Shown piece by piece: positions 43,197-58,300 of a stretch of DNA of 64,000 nucleotides. The DNA is from the human T2T-CHM13v2.0 reference genome, Homo sapiens, in assembly GCF_009914755.1 (NCBI RefSeq), contig NC_060940.1; one strand, given 5' to 3'. The notes below the pieces were generated by a model that had not been told where the DNA came from, searched no databases, and saw nothing but the letters and a program-made list of their open reading frames with translations. Every line of letters starts with the position of its first letter. Positions within the stretch are counted from its first letter, which is position 1. Both the position numbers and the translations under genes were made by a program.

Positions 43197-46100
43197 GTCC
43201 GTTCGATGATTCCATTTGATTCCACTTGATGATGATTCCATTCGAGTCCATTTGATGATTCCATTCAATTCCATTCTCCGATGATTTCTTTTGAGCCCAC
43301 TCAATGCTTCCACTCGATTCCATATGATGATGACTCCATTCGATGCAATTCGATGATGATTCCATTCGCTTGCTTTCGATGATGATTCCACTTGAGTCCG
43401 TTAGAAGATTCTATTCAATTACATTCCATGACGATTCCGTTCGAGTCCATTTGATGATTCCATTAGACTCCATTCGACGATGATTCCATTCGATGTTATT
43501 CGATGATTCCATTCGATCTCATTCGATGATGATTCCATTCAACTCCATTCGATGTTTCCATTCGAGTTCATTCTATTATTCCATTACATTCCATTCGATG
43601 ATGATTCCATTCGATTCCGTTTGATGATTGCATTCTATTTCATTTGATGATGATTCCATTCGAGTCCACTCGATGATTCCATTCGAGTCCGTTTAATGAA
43701 TCCATTGGTTTCAATTCTATGATGATTACATTGGATTCCATTCGTTGATGATTTCATTCGGTTCCATTCAATGATGATTCCATTCAATTCCTTTCAATGT
43801 TTCCATTCAATTCCATACGATGATGATTCCATTTGATTTGATTCGACAGTGAGCCATTCGATTCAATTCCATGATGATTCTATTTGATTCAATTGGTTGA
43901 CATTTCCATTCGATTCCATTCGATGATGATTCCCTTTGATTCCATTCAAAGATGATTCCATTCTAGCCCATTCAATCATTCCATTCGATTCTATTCAATG
44001 ATGATTCCATTCATGTCGATTTGGTGATTCCATTTGACTTCATTTGATGATGATTCCTTTCAAGTTCATTAGATGATTCCATTCGATTCCATTTGATGAT
44101 GATTCCATTCCATTCCATTCAATGATTCCATTCGATTCCGTTTGATGATGATTTCATTCGAGTCCATTTGATGATTCCATTTGATTCCATTCGATGATGA
44201 TTCCATTCGAGTCCATTCGATGATTCTATTCGAATCCATTTGATGATTACTTTTGATTATATTTGGTGATGATTCCATTGGAGTCCATTCAATGATTCCA
44301 TTCGATTCCAATCGATGATGATTCCATTAGAGTCCATTTAATGATTCCATTTGATTCCAGTCTCTGATGATTACATTCGAGTCCATACGATGATTCCACT
44401 CAATTCCATATGATGATGATTCCATTCGATTCCATTCGATGATTCCATTCTATTCTATTCAATGGTGATTCCATTCGAGTACATTAGATGATTCCATTCG
44501 ATTCCATTCAATGATGATTCTATTTGTGTCCCTTAGATGGTTCCACATGATTCCATTACATGATGATACTATTTGAGCCCATCCAATGATTCCCTTCGAT
44601 TCCATTCGATGAGGATTCCATTCGATTCAATTCATTGGTGATTCTATTCAATTCAATTCTTTGATTCCATTCCATTCCATTCGACAATGATTCCATTCGA
44701 TTTCTTTCGATGATTCCACTCGATTCCACTTGACATTGATTCCATTCGATTCCATTCAATGATTCTGTTTGATTCCAGTGGATGATGATTGCCATCGATT
44801 CCATTCGATCACTCCATTCTATTCCATTTGATGATGATTACATTCGATTCCATTTGATGATTCCATCTGATTCTATTCGAGGATTCCATTTGATTCCATT
44901 CGATGATGATTCCATTCGAGTCCATTCGATGATTTCATTCGAGTACATCCAATGATTCCATTCGAGTCCATTTGATGATTCCATTTGATTCCATTTGATT
45001 ATGATTCTACTAGAGTCCATTCAATGACTCCATTCGAATCCATTCATCAATTCCATTCGAGTCCATTCGATGATTCCACTTCATGATTCCATTCGAGTCC
45101 ATTTAATCATTACAGTCAAGTCCGTTTGGTGATTCCACTGGATTTGTTTTGATAATGATACCATTCAATTATATTTGATGATGATCCCATTCAATTTCAT
45201 TTGATGATGATTCCATTAGAGTCCATTCGATGATTTCATTCGAGTGTCTTCATTGATTCCATCCGATTTCACAGGATGATGACTCCATTCGAGTTCATTC
45301 GATGATTCCACTCGATTCCATTAGATGATTCCATTGGAGTCCATTTCATTGTTCCATTCGATTCCATTCGATTCCTTTAGAAGATTATTCCATTTGAGTC
45401 CATTCGATGATGATTCCATTCCATTCCATTCGATGATTCCGTTTGATTCCATTCGATGATTCCCTTCGATTCCTTTCTTTGATGATTCCATTCCATTCCA
45501 TTCAATGATTCCATTCGAATCTATTCCATGATGATTCCTTGCGATTCCATTCGCTGATGTTTCCGTTCAATTCCATTCGATGATGATTCCATTCGATTCC
45601 ATTCATTGAGGATTCCATTTGATTCCATTCAATGATGATTCCGTTCTATTCCATTCAATGATTGCATTCAATTCCATTCAATGATTATCCCCTTACAGTA
45701 AACTCAATGATTCCATTCAATACCATTCGATGATGATTCCTTTTGAGTCCATTCAATGATTTCATTCAAGTCCATTTGATGATTCCTTTCAATTCCATTC
45801 TATGATGATTCCATTCGAGTCCATTCGATGATTCCATTCAATTGCATTCGATGATTCCATTATATTCCAGTCCACGATGATTCCATTCGAGTCCATTCGA
45901 TGATTCCATTAGAGTACATTTAATGATTGCTTTGTTTTCAATTCGAAGATGATTACATTGGATTCCATTCTATGATACCATTCGATTCCATTCAATGATG
46001 ATTCCACTCAAATCCATTGGATGATTCCATTCGTGTCCGTTCGGTGATTTCATTAGATTCCATTCGAGGATGATTCCATTCGATTCCATTCGATGATTCC

Positions 46101-48534
46101 GTTCAATTCCATTCGATGATGATTCCATTCCAGTCCATATGATCATTCCATTTGATTTCATTCGATGATGATTCCATTCGATTCCATTCGATGATTCCAT
46201 TCTATTCCATTCGATGATGATTCCATTCGAGTCCATTCGATGATTCCATTCGAGTCCATTTAATGATTCCATTGGGTTCAATTCAATGATGATTACATTG
46301 GATTCCGTTCTATGATTCCATTCAATTCCGTTCATTGACAATTTGATTCCATTCGATGATGATTCCATTTGAGTTCATTCGATGATTCTATTCGATTCTC
46401 TTCGATGGTGATTCAATTCTATTATATTGGATGATTCCATTCGATTCCATTTGATGTTGATTCAATTCGATTCTATTCGATGATGATTCCATTGGATTTC
46501 ACTTGATGATTCTATTCGATTCCATTCAATGATGATTCACTTCTCGTCCATTGGATGATTCCATTTCATTCCATTCGATGATGATTCCATTCGATTCCTT
46601 TCGATGATTCCATTTGATTCCATGCGACGGTGAGCAATTCGATTCAATTCCATGATGATTCTATTTGATTCAATTAGATGATGTTTCCATTCGAATCCAT
46701 TCCATGATTATTCCATTGGAATCCATTTGGCGATGATTCCATATGAGTCAATTCAATGATGATTCCATATGGGTCCGTTCGATGATAATTCCATTTGATT
46801 TCATTCGATGCTTCTATTCAATTCCAGTCGATGATGATTCCGTTGGAGTCCATACGATGATTCCATTTGATTTCATTTGATGATGATTCCATTCGATGAT
46901 GATTACATTGGATTCCATTCTATGATTCCATTCAATTCCATTCGTTGATGATTCGATTCCATTCAATGATGATTCCATTTGAGTTCATTCGATGATTCTA
47001 TTCGATTCCGTTCGATGGTGATTCAATTCTATTATATTGGATGATTCCACTCGATTCCATTTGATGATTATTCCATTGGAGTCCACTTAGTGAATCCTTT
47101 AGATTCTACTCGAAGATGATTCCATTCGAGTCCATTCGATGATACCATTCAATTCCATTCGTTGATGCTTCCATTCAAGTGCATTCGATGATATCATTCG
47201 ATTCCATTTGATGATAATTCCATTTGATTCCATGCAATGATTCTATTCGATTCCATTCAATGATAATTCCATTCAATTCAGTGATTCCTCTGGACTCCAT
47301 TTGATGATAATTCCATTCAATGATTCCATTCGATTCTATTCGAAAATGATTCCATTTGAATCCATTTGATGATGATTCCATTAGATTCCATTTGATGATT
47401 CCATTCGATTCCATTTGATGATGATTCCATTCGATTCCATTTGATGATTCCATTCTATTCTATTCGATGATGATTCCATTCGATTCCATTCGATGATGAT
47501 TGGATTCGATTCCATTTGATGATTTCATTTGATTCCATTCGTTAATGATTTCGATCAACTCCATTCGATGATTCCATTTAATTCCATTCAATAATGATTA
47601 CATCCGAGTCCATTCGATGATTCCATTTGAGCCCGTTCGATAATTCCATTTGAGTCCAATCAATGATTCCATTCATTTCCATTCAATGATTCCATTCGAG
47701 TCCATTTGATCATTCCGGTAGGGTCCGTTCGATGTTGATTCCATTGGAGTGCATTCGATGATTCCATTCGAGTCCATTTTATGATTTGATTCGAGTCCTT
47801 TCGATGATTCCATTCGATTCCACTCGATGATGATTTCATTCGAGTCCATTCGACACTTCCAATCGATTCCATTTGATGTTTCCATTCGAGTCCAATTGAT
47901 GATTCCATTCAATTCCATTCGATGATGATTCCGTACGATTCCATTCTGTGATGATTCCATGTGATTGCATTCAATGATGATTCCTTTCGATTGCATTCGA
48001 TTATGATTCATTTCGTGTTCATTCTATGGTTCCACAGGTTTCCATTCGATGACGTTTCCGTTCGTGTCCATTCCATTATTCCATTCTATTTCATTTGATG
48101 ATGATTCCATTCGATTCCATTCATTGGTGATTCCACTCAATTCCATTCAATGATTCCATTCCATTTCTTTCAACAATGATTCCATTAGTTTCTATTCGAT
48201 GATCCACTTGATTCCATTTGGTGATGATTCCATTCGTGTCCATTCGATGATTCCATTTGATTCCATATGATGATGATTCCATTCGATTCCATACGATGAT
48301 GATTCCATTCGAGTCCATTCAATGGTGATTCCATTCAATTCCATTCGATGATTCCTTCCGATTCCATTCGATGATGATGGCATTCGATTCCTTTCAATCA
48401 TTCCCTTTGATTCCATTCAAAGGTGATTTCATTCAAGTCCATTCGATAATTGCATTCGATTCCATTCTATGATGATTCCATTCGAGTCCATTTGATGATT
48501 CCATTCAATTCAAGTCAATGATGATTCCATTCGA

Positions 48535-49999
48535 TTCCACTCGATGATTCCATTGGATTCCATTCGATGATGATTCCATTCAAATCCATTCGATAATTCA
48601 ATTCAAGTCCATTCGATGATGATTCCAATCGAATCCATTCAAAGATTCCATTCAATTCCATTCGATGATGATTCCCTTAGATTCCATTCGATGATTCCAC
48701 TTGATTCCATTTACGATGATTCCATTCGATTCCATGTGATGAATCCATTCAATTCTATTCAATGATGTTTCCATTTGATTCCATTGGACCATGATTGCCT
48801 TTGATTCCATTCAATGATTCCATTCGGTTCCATTTGATGATGATTCCGTTCGATTCCATTTCATTATTCCATTTGATTCCATTGGATGAGTCCATTCGAT
48901 TACATTCGATGATTATTCCATTCGAGTGCATTAGATGATTGCATTCGAGTCCATTCGATGATTCCATTCGATTCCATTCGATGTTGATTCTGTTCAAATC
49001 CATTCGATGATTCCACTCGATTCCATTCGATGACTCCATTTGATCCCATTCGATGATTTCCTGTGATTCCCTTTGATGATCATTCTATTTGATTCAATTC
49101 GGTGATTTCATTTCATTCCATTCAGTGATGTTTCCATTCGACTGTATTCCATGATGATTCCATTCGACTCCATTCGATTATGATTTCATTCAATTCCATT
49201 CAATAATGATTCCCTTCGAGTCCATTCGATGATTCCATTCGATTCCATTCAACGATGATTTGATTCGTTTCCATTCGATGATTCCATTGGATTCCATTCG
49301 ATGATGATTCCATTCAAATCCATTCGATAATTCAATTCAAGTCCATTCAATGATGATTCCAATCGAATCCATTCAAAGATTCCATTCAGTTCCATTCGAT
49401 GATTCCCTTAGATTCCATTCGATGATTCCACTTGATTCCATTTACGATGATTCCATTCGATTCCATGTGATGATTCCATTCAATTCTATTCAATGATGTT
49501 TCCATTTGATTCCATTCGACCATGATTGCCTTTGATTCCATTCAATGATTCCATTCGGTTCCGTTTGATGATGATTCCGTTCGATTCCATTTGATGATTC
49601 CATTTGATTCCATTGGTTGAGTCCATTCGATTACATTCGATGATTATTCCATTCGAGTGCATTAGATGATTCCATTCGAGTCCATTCGATGATTCCATTC
49701 GATTCCATTCGATGTTGATTCTGTTCAAATCCATTCGATGATTCCACTCGATTCCATTCGATGACTCCATTTGATCCCATTCGATGATTTCCTGTGATTC
49801 CCTTTGATGATCATTCCATTTGATTCAATTCGGTGATTTCATTTGATTCCATTCAGTGACGTTTCCATTCGACTCCATTCGATGATGATTCCATTCGACT
49901 CCATTCGATTATGATTTCATTCAATTCCATTCGATAATGATTCCCTTCGAGTCCATTCGATGATTCCATTCGATTCCATTCAACGATGATTTGATTCGT
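48535..49999 (+). repeat. 731 bp internal duplication, third occurrence
   Basis: Landmarks 48755/49486; same junction at ~49269. Confidence 0.88.
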
Positions 50000-52900
50000 G
50001 TCCGTTCGATGATTCCATTTGATTCCACTTGATGATGATTCCATTCGAGTCCATTTGATGATTCCATTCAATTCCATTCTCCGATGATTTCTTTTGAGCC
50101 CACTCAATGCTTCCACTCGATTCCATATGATGATGACTCCATTCGATGCAATTCGATGATGATTCCATTCGCTTGCTTTCGATGATGATTCCACTTGAGT
50201 CCGTTAGAAGATTCTATTCAATTACATTCCATGACGATTCCGTTCGAGTCCATTTGATGATTCCATTAGACTCCATTCGACGATGATTCCATTCGATGTT
50301 ATTCGATGATTCCATTCGATCTCATTCGATGATGATTCCATTCAACTCCATTCGATGTTTCCATTCGAGTTCATTCTATTATTCCATTACATTCCATTCG
50401 ATGATGATTCCATTCCATTCCGTTTGATGATTGCATTCTATTTCATTTGATGATGATTCCATTCGAGTCCACTCAATGATTCCATTCGAGTCCGTTTAAT
50501 GAATCCATTGGTTTCAATTCTATGATGATTACATTGGATTCCATTCGTTGATGATTTCATTCGGTTCCATTCAATGATGATTCCATTCAATTCCTTTCAA
50601 TGTTTCCATTCAATTCCATACGATGATGATTCCATTTGATTTGATTCGACAGTGAGCCATTCGATTCAATTCCATGATGATTCTATTTTATTCAATTGGT
50701 TGACATTTCCATTCGATTCCATTCGATGATGATTCCCTTTGATTCCATTCAAAGATGATTCCATTCTAGCCCATTCAATCATTCCATTCGATTCTATTCA
50801 ATGATGATTCCATTCATGTCGATTTGGTGATTCCATTTGACTTCATTTGATGATGATTCCTTTCAAGTTCATTAGATGATTCCATTCGATTCCATTTGAT
50901 GATGATTCCATTCCATTCCATTCAATGATTCCATTCGATTCCGTTTGATGATGATTTCATTCGAGTCCATTTGATGATTCCATTTGATTCCATTCGATGA
51001 TGATTCCATTCGAGTCCATTCGATGATTCTATTCGAATCCATTTGATGATTACTTTTGATTATATTTGGTGATGATTCCATTGGAGTCCATTCAATGATT
51101 CCATTCGATTCCAATCGATGATGATTCCATTAGAGTCCATTTAATGATTCCATTTGATTCCAGTCTCTGATGATTACATTCGAGTCCATACGATGATTCC
51201 ACTCAATTCCATATGATGATGATTCCATTCGATTCCATTCGATGATTCCATTCTATTCTATTCAATGGTGATTCCATTCGAGTACATTAGATGATTCCAT
51301 TCGATTCCATTCAATGATGATTCTATTTGTGTCCCTTAGATGGTTCCACATGATTCCATTACATGATGATACTATTTGAGCCCATCCAATGATTCCCTTC
51401 GATTCCATTCGATGAGGATTCCATTCGATTCAATTCATTGGTGATTCTATTCAATTCAATTCTTTGATTCCATTCCATTCCATTCGACAATGATTCCATT
51501 CGATTTCTTTCGATGATTCCACTCGATTCCACTTGACATTGATTCCATTCGATTCCATTCAATGATTCTGTTTGATTCCAGTGGATGATGATTGCCATCG
51601 ATTCCATTCGATCACTCCATTCTATTCCATTTGTTGATGATTACATTCGATTCCATTTGATGATTCCATCTGATTCTATTCGAGGATTCCATTTGATTCC
51701 ATTCGATGATGATTCCATTCGAGTCCATTCGATGATTTCATTCGAGTACATCCAATGATTCCATTCGAGTCCATTTGATGATTCCATTTGATTCCATTTG
51801 ATTATGATTCTACTAGAGTCCATTCAATGACTCCATTCGAATCCATTCATCAATTCCATTCGAGTCCATTCGATGATTCCACTTCATGATTCCATTCGAG
51901 TCCATTTAATCATTACAGTCAAGTCCGTTTGGTGATTCCACTGGATTTGTTTTGATAATGATACCATTCAATTATATTTGATGATGATCCCATTCAATTT
52001 CATTTGATGATGATTCCATTAGAGTCCATTCGATGATTTCATTCGAGTGTCTTCATTGATTCCATCCGATTTCATTGGATGATGACTCCATTCGAGTTCA
52101 TTCGATGATTCCACTCGATTCCATTAGATGATTCCATTGGAGTCCATTTCATTGTTCCATTCGATTCCATTCGATTCCTTTAGAAGATTATTCCATTTGA
52201 GTCCATTCGATGATGATTCCATTCCATTCCATTCGATGATTCCGTTTGATTCCATTCGATGATTCCCTTCGATTCCTTTCTTTGATGATTCCATTCCATT
52301 CCATTCAATGATTCCATTCGAATCTATTCCATGATGATTCCTTGCGATTCCATTCGCTGATGTTTCCGTTCAATTCCATTCGATGATGATTCCATTCGAT
52401 TCCATTCATTGAGGATTCCATTTCATTCCATTCAATGATGATTCCGTTCTATTCCATTCAATGATTGCATTCAATTCCATTCAATGATTATCCCCTTAGA
52501 GTAAACTCAATGATTCCATTCAATACCATTCGATGATGATTCCTTTTGAGTCCATTCAATGATTTCATTCAAGTCCATTTGATGATTCCTTTCAATTCCA
52601 TTCTATGATGATTCCATTCGAGTCCATTCGATGATTCCATTCAATTGCATTCGATGATTCCATTATATTCCAGTCCACGATGATTCCATTCGAGTCCATT
52701 CGATGATTCCATTAGAGTACATTTAATGATTGCTTTGTTTTCAATTCGAAGATGATTACATTGGATTCCATTCTATGATACCATTCGATTCCATTCAATG
52801 ATGATTCCACTCAAATCCATTGGATGATTCCATTCGTGTCCGTTCGGTGATTTCATTAGATTCCATTCGAGGATGATTCCATTCGATTCCATTCGATGAT

Positions 52901-53553
52901 TCCATTCAATTCCATTCGATGATGATTCCATTCCAGTCCATATGATCATTCCATTTGATTTCATTCGATGATGATTCCATTCGATTCCATTCGATGATTC
53001 CATTCTATTCCATTCGATGATGATTCCATTCGAGTCCATTCGATGATTCCATTCGAGTCCATTTAATGATTCCATTGGGTTCAATTCAATGAAGATTACA
53101 TTGGATTCCGTTCTATGATTCCATTAAATTCCGTTCATTGACAATTTGATTCCATTCGATGATGATTCCATTTGAGTTCATTCGATGATTCTATTCGATT
53201 CTCTTCGATGGTGATTCAATTCTATTATATTGGATGATTCCATTCGATTCCATTTGATGTTGATTCAATTCGATTCTATTCGATGATGATTCCATTGGAT
53301 TTCACTTGATGATTCTATTCGATTCCATTCAATGATGATTCACTTCTCGTCCATTGGATGATTCCATTTCATTCCATTCGATGATGATTCCATTCGATTC
53401 CTTTCGATGATTCCATTTGATTCCATGCGACGGTGAGCAATTCGATTCAATTCCATGATGATTCTATTTGATTCAATTAGATGATGTTTCCATTCGAATC
53501 CATTCCATGATTATTCCATTGGAATCCATTTGGCGATGATTCCATATGAGTCA

Positions 53554-55396
53554 ATTCAATGATGTTTCCATTTGATTCCATTCAACCATGATTGCCTTTG
53601 ATTCCATTCAATGATTCCATTCGGTTCCTTTTGATGATGATTCCGTTCGATTCCATTTGATGATTCCATTTGATTCCATTGGATGAGTCCATTCGATTAC
53701 ATTCGATGATTATTCCATTCGAGTGCATTAGATGATTCCATTCGAGTCCATTCGATGATTCCATTCGATTCCATTCGATGTTGATTCTGTTCAAATCCAT
53801 TCGATGATTCCACTCGATTCCATTCGATGACTCCATTTGATCCCATTCGATGATTTCCTGTGATTCCCTTTGATGATCATTCCATTTGATTCAATTCGGT
53901 GATTTCATTTGATTCCATTCAGTGACGTTTCCATTCGACTCCATTCGATGATGATTCCATTCGACTCCATTCGATTATGATTTCATTCAATTCCATTCGA
54001 TAATGATTCCCTTCGAGTCCATTCGATGATTCCATTCGATTCCATTCAACGATGATTTGATTCGTGTCCATTCGATGATTCCATTTGATTCCACTTGATG
54101 ATGATTCCATTCGAGTCCATTTGATGATTCCATTCAATTCCATTCTCCGATGATTTCTTTTGAGCCCACTCAATGCTTCCACTCGATTCCATATGATGAT
54201 GACTCCATTCGATGAAATTCGATGATGATTCCATTCGCTTGCGTTCGATGATGATTCCACTTGAGTCCGTTAGAAGATTCTATTCAAATACATTCCATGA
54301 CGATTCCGTTCGAGTCCATTTGATGATTCCATTAGACTCCATTCGACGATGATTCCATTCGATGTTATTCGATGATTCCATTCGATCTCATTCGATGATG
54401 ATTCCATTCAACTCCATTCGATGTTTCCATTCGAGTTCATTCTATTATTCCATTAGATTCCATTCGATGATGATTCCATTCGATTCCATTTGATGATTGC
54501 ATTCTATTTCATTTGATGATGATTCCATTCGAGTCCACTCGATGATTCCATTCGAGTCCATTTAATGAATCCATTGGTTTCAATTCTATGATGATTACAT
54601 TGGATTCCATTCGTTGATGATTTCATTCGGTTCCATTCAATGATGATTCAATTCAATTCCATTCAATGTTTCCATTCAATTCCATACGATGATGATTCCA
54701 TTTGATTTGATTCGACAGTGAGCCATTCGATTCAATTCCATGATGATTCTATTTTATTCAATTGGTTGACATTTCCATTCGATTCCATTCGATGATGATT
54801 CCCTTTGATTCCATTCAAAGATGATTCCATTCTAGCCCATTCAATCATTCCATTCGATTCTATTCAATGATGATTCCATTCATGTCGATTTGGTGATTCC
54901 ATTTGACTTCATTTGATGATGATTGCTTTCAAGTTCATTAGATGATTCCATTCGATTCCATTTGATGATGATCCCATTCGAGTCCATTTGATGATTCCAT
55001 TCGTTTCCATTCCATGATGATTCCATTCCATTCCATTCAATGATTCCATTCGATTCCGTTTGGTGATGATTTCATTCGAGTCCATTTGATGATTCCATTT
55101 GATTCCATTCGATGATGATTCCATTCGAGTCCATTCGATGATTCTATTCGAATCCATTTGATGATTTCTTTTGATTATATTTGGTGATGATTCCATTGGA
55201 GTCCATTCAATGATTCCATTCGATTTCAATCGATGGTGCTTCCATTAGAGTCCATTTAATGATTCCATTTGATTCCAGTCTCTGATGATTACATTCGAGT
55301 CCATACGATGATTCCACTCAATTCCATATGATGATGATTCCATTCGATTCCATTCGATGATTCCATTCGATTCCATTCAACGATGATTTGATTCGT
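53554..55396 (+). repeat. Rearranged transition zone between the 6.8 kb and 3.2 kb HOR domains
   Basis: Landmark spacings 49853->53919 = 4066 and 53919->55981 = 2062. Novel junctions at ~53560 and ~55360. Confidence 0.8.
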
Positions 55397-58300
55397 TTCC
55401 ATTCGATGATTCCATTGGATTCCATTCGATGATGATTCCATTCAAATCCATTCGATAATTCAATTCAAGTCCATTCGATGATGATTCCAATCGAATCCAT
55501 TCAAAGATTCCATTCAGTTCCATTCGATGATTCCCTTAGATTCCATTCGGTGATTCCACTTGATTCCATTTACGATGATTCCATTCGATTCCATGTGATG
55601 ATTCCATTCAATTCTATTCAATGATGTTGCCATTTGATTCTATTCGACCATGATTGCCTTTGATTCCATTCAATGATTCCATTCGGTTCCTTTTGATGAT
55701 GATTCCGTTCGATTCCATTTGATGATTCCATTTGATTCCATTGGATGAGTCCATTCGATTACATTCGATGATTATTCCATTCGAGTGCATTAGATGATTC
55801 CATTCGAGTCCATTCGATGATTCCATTCGATTCCATTCGATGTTGATTCTGTTCAAATCCATTCGATGATTCCACTCGATTCCATTCGATGACTCCATTT
55901 GATCCCATTCGATGATTTCCTGTGATTCCCTTTGATGATCATTCCATTTGATTCAATTCGGTGATTTCATTTGATTCCATTCAGTGATGTTTCCATTCCA
56001 CTCCATTCGATGATGATTCCATTCGACTCCATTCGATTATGATTTCATTCAATTCCATTCGATAATGATTCCCTTCAAGTCCATTCGATGATTCCATTCG
56101 ATTCCATTCAACGATGATTTGATTCGTGTCCATTCGATGATTCCATTTGATTCCACTTGATGATGATTCCATTCGAGTCCATTTGATGATTCCATTCAAT
56201 TCCATTCTCCGATGATTTCTTTTGAGCCCATTCAATGCTTCCACTCGATTCCATATGATGATGACTCCATTCGATTAAATTCGATGATGATTCCGTTCGC
56301 TTGCGTTCGATGATGATTCCACTTGAGTCCGTTAGAAGATTCTATTCAATTACATTCCATGACGATTCCGATCGAGTCCATTTGATGATTCCATTAGACT
56401 CCATTCGACGATGATTCCATTCGATGTTATTCGATGATTCCATTCGATCTCATTCGATGATGATTCCATTCAACTCCATTCGATGTTTCCATTCGAGTTC
56501 ATTCTATTATTCCATTAGATTCCATTCGATGATGATTCCATTCGATTCCATTTGATGATTGCATTCTATTTCATTTGATGGTGATTCCATTCGAGTCCAC
56601 TCGATGATTCCATTCGAGTCCATTTAATGAATCCATTGGTTTCAATTCTATGAAGATTACATTGGATTCCATTCGTTGATGATTTCATTCGGTTCCATTC
56701 AATGATGATTCCATTCAATTCCTTTCAATGTTTCCATTCAATTGCATACGATGATGCTTCCATTTGATTTGATTCGACAGTGAGCCATTCGATTCAATTC
56801 CATGATGAATCTATTTTATTCAATTGGTTGACATTTCCATTCGATTCCATTCGATGATGATTCCCTTTGATTCCATTCAAAGATGATTCCATTCTAGCCC
56901 ATTCAATCATTCCATTCGATTCTATTCAATGATGATTCCATTCATGTCGATTTGGTGATTCCATTTGACTTCATTTGATGATGATTCCTTTCAAGTTCAT
57001 TAGATGATTCCATTCGATTCCATTTGATGATGATCCCATTCGAGTCCATTCAGTGATTCCATTCGTTTCCATTCCATGATGATTCCATTCCATTCCATTC
57101 AATGATTCCATTCGATTCCGTTTGATGATGATTTCATTCGAGTCCATTTGATGTTTCCATTCGTTTCCATTCCATGATGATTCCATTCCATTCCATTCAA
57201 TGATTCCATTCGATTCCGTTTGGTGATGATTTCATTCGAGTCCATTTGATGATTCCATTTGATTCCATTCGATGATGATTCCATTCGAGTCCATTCGATG
57301 ATTCTATTCGAATCCACTTGATGATTTCTTTTGATTATAGTTGGTGATGATTCCATTGGAGTCCATTCAATGATTCCATTCGATTCCAATCGATGGTGAT
57401 TCCATTAGAGTCCATTTAATGATTCCATTTGATTCCAGTCTCTGATGATTACATTCGAGTCCATACGATGATTCCACTCAATTCCATATGATGATGATTC
57501 CATTCGATTCCATTCGATGATTCCATTCTATTCTAATCGATGATGATTCCATTCGATTCCATTCGATGATGATTGGATTCGATTCCATTTGATGATTTCA
57601 TTTGATTCCATTCGTTAATGATTTCGATCAACTCCATTCGATGATTCCATTCGATTCCATTCGATAATGATTACATCCGAGTCCATTCGATGATTCCATT
57701 TGAGCCCGTTCGATAATTCCATTTGAGTCCAATCAATGATTCCATTCATTTCCATTCAATGATTCCATTCGAGTCCATTTGATCATTCTGGTAGGGTCCG
57801 TTCGATGTTGATTCCATTGGAGTGCATTCGATGATTCCATTCGAGTCCATTTTATGATTTGATTCGAGTCCTTTCGATGATTCCATTCGATTCCACTCGA
57901 TGATGATTTCATTCGAGTCCATTCGACACTTCCAATCGATTCCATTTGATGTTTCCATTCGAGTCCAATTGATGATTCCATTCAACTCCATTCGATGATG
58001 ATTCCGTACGATTCCATTCTGTGATGATTCCATGTGATTGCATTCAATGATGATTCCTTTCGATTGCATTCGATTGTGATTCATTTCGTGTTCATTCTAT
58101 GGTTCCACAGGTTTCCATTCGTGTCCATTCCATTATTCCATTCTATTCCATTTCATGATGATTCCATTCGATTCCATTCATTGGTGATTCCACTCAATTC
58201 CATTCAATGATTCCATTCCATTTCTTTCAACAATGATTCCATTAGGTTCTAATCGATGATCCACTTGATTCCATTTGATGACGATTCCATTCTTGCCATT

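Larger units (their letters stand above)
40517..53564 (+). repeat. 6803 bp HOR variant, about 2 near-identical copies
   Basis: 41208/48011, 43050/49853, 44556/51359 and 45970/52773 are all 6803 bp apart. Both copies share the 731 bp duplication, a 49 bp deletion (~44100, ~50900), a 10 bp deletion (~45075, ~51880) and private alleles (tggttgagtcc, gatgcaattc, gattacttttg). Confidence 0.92.
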
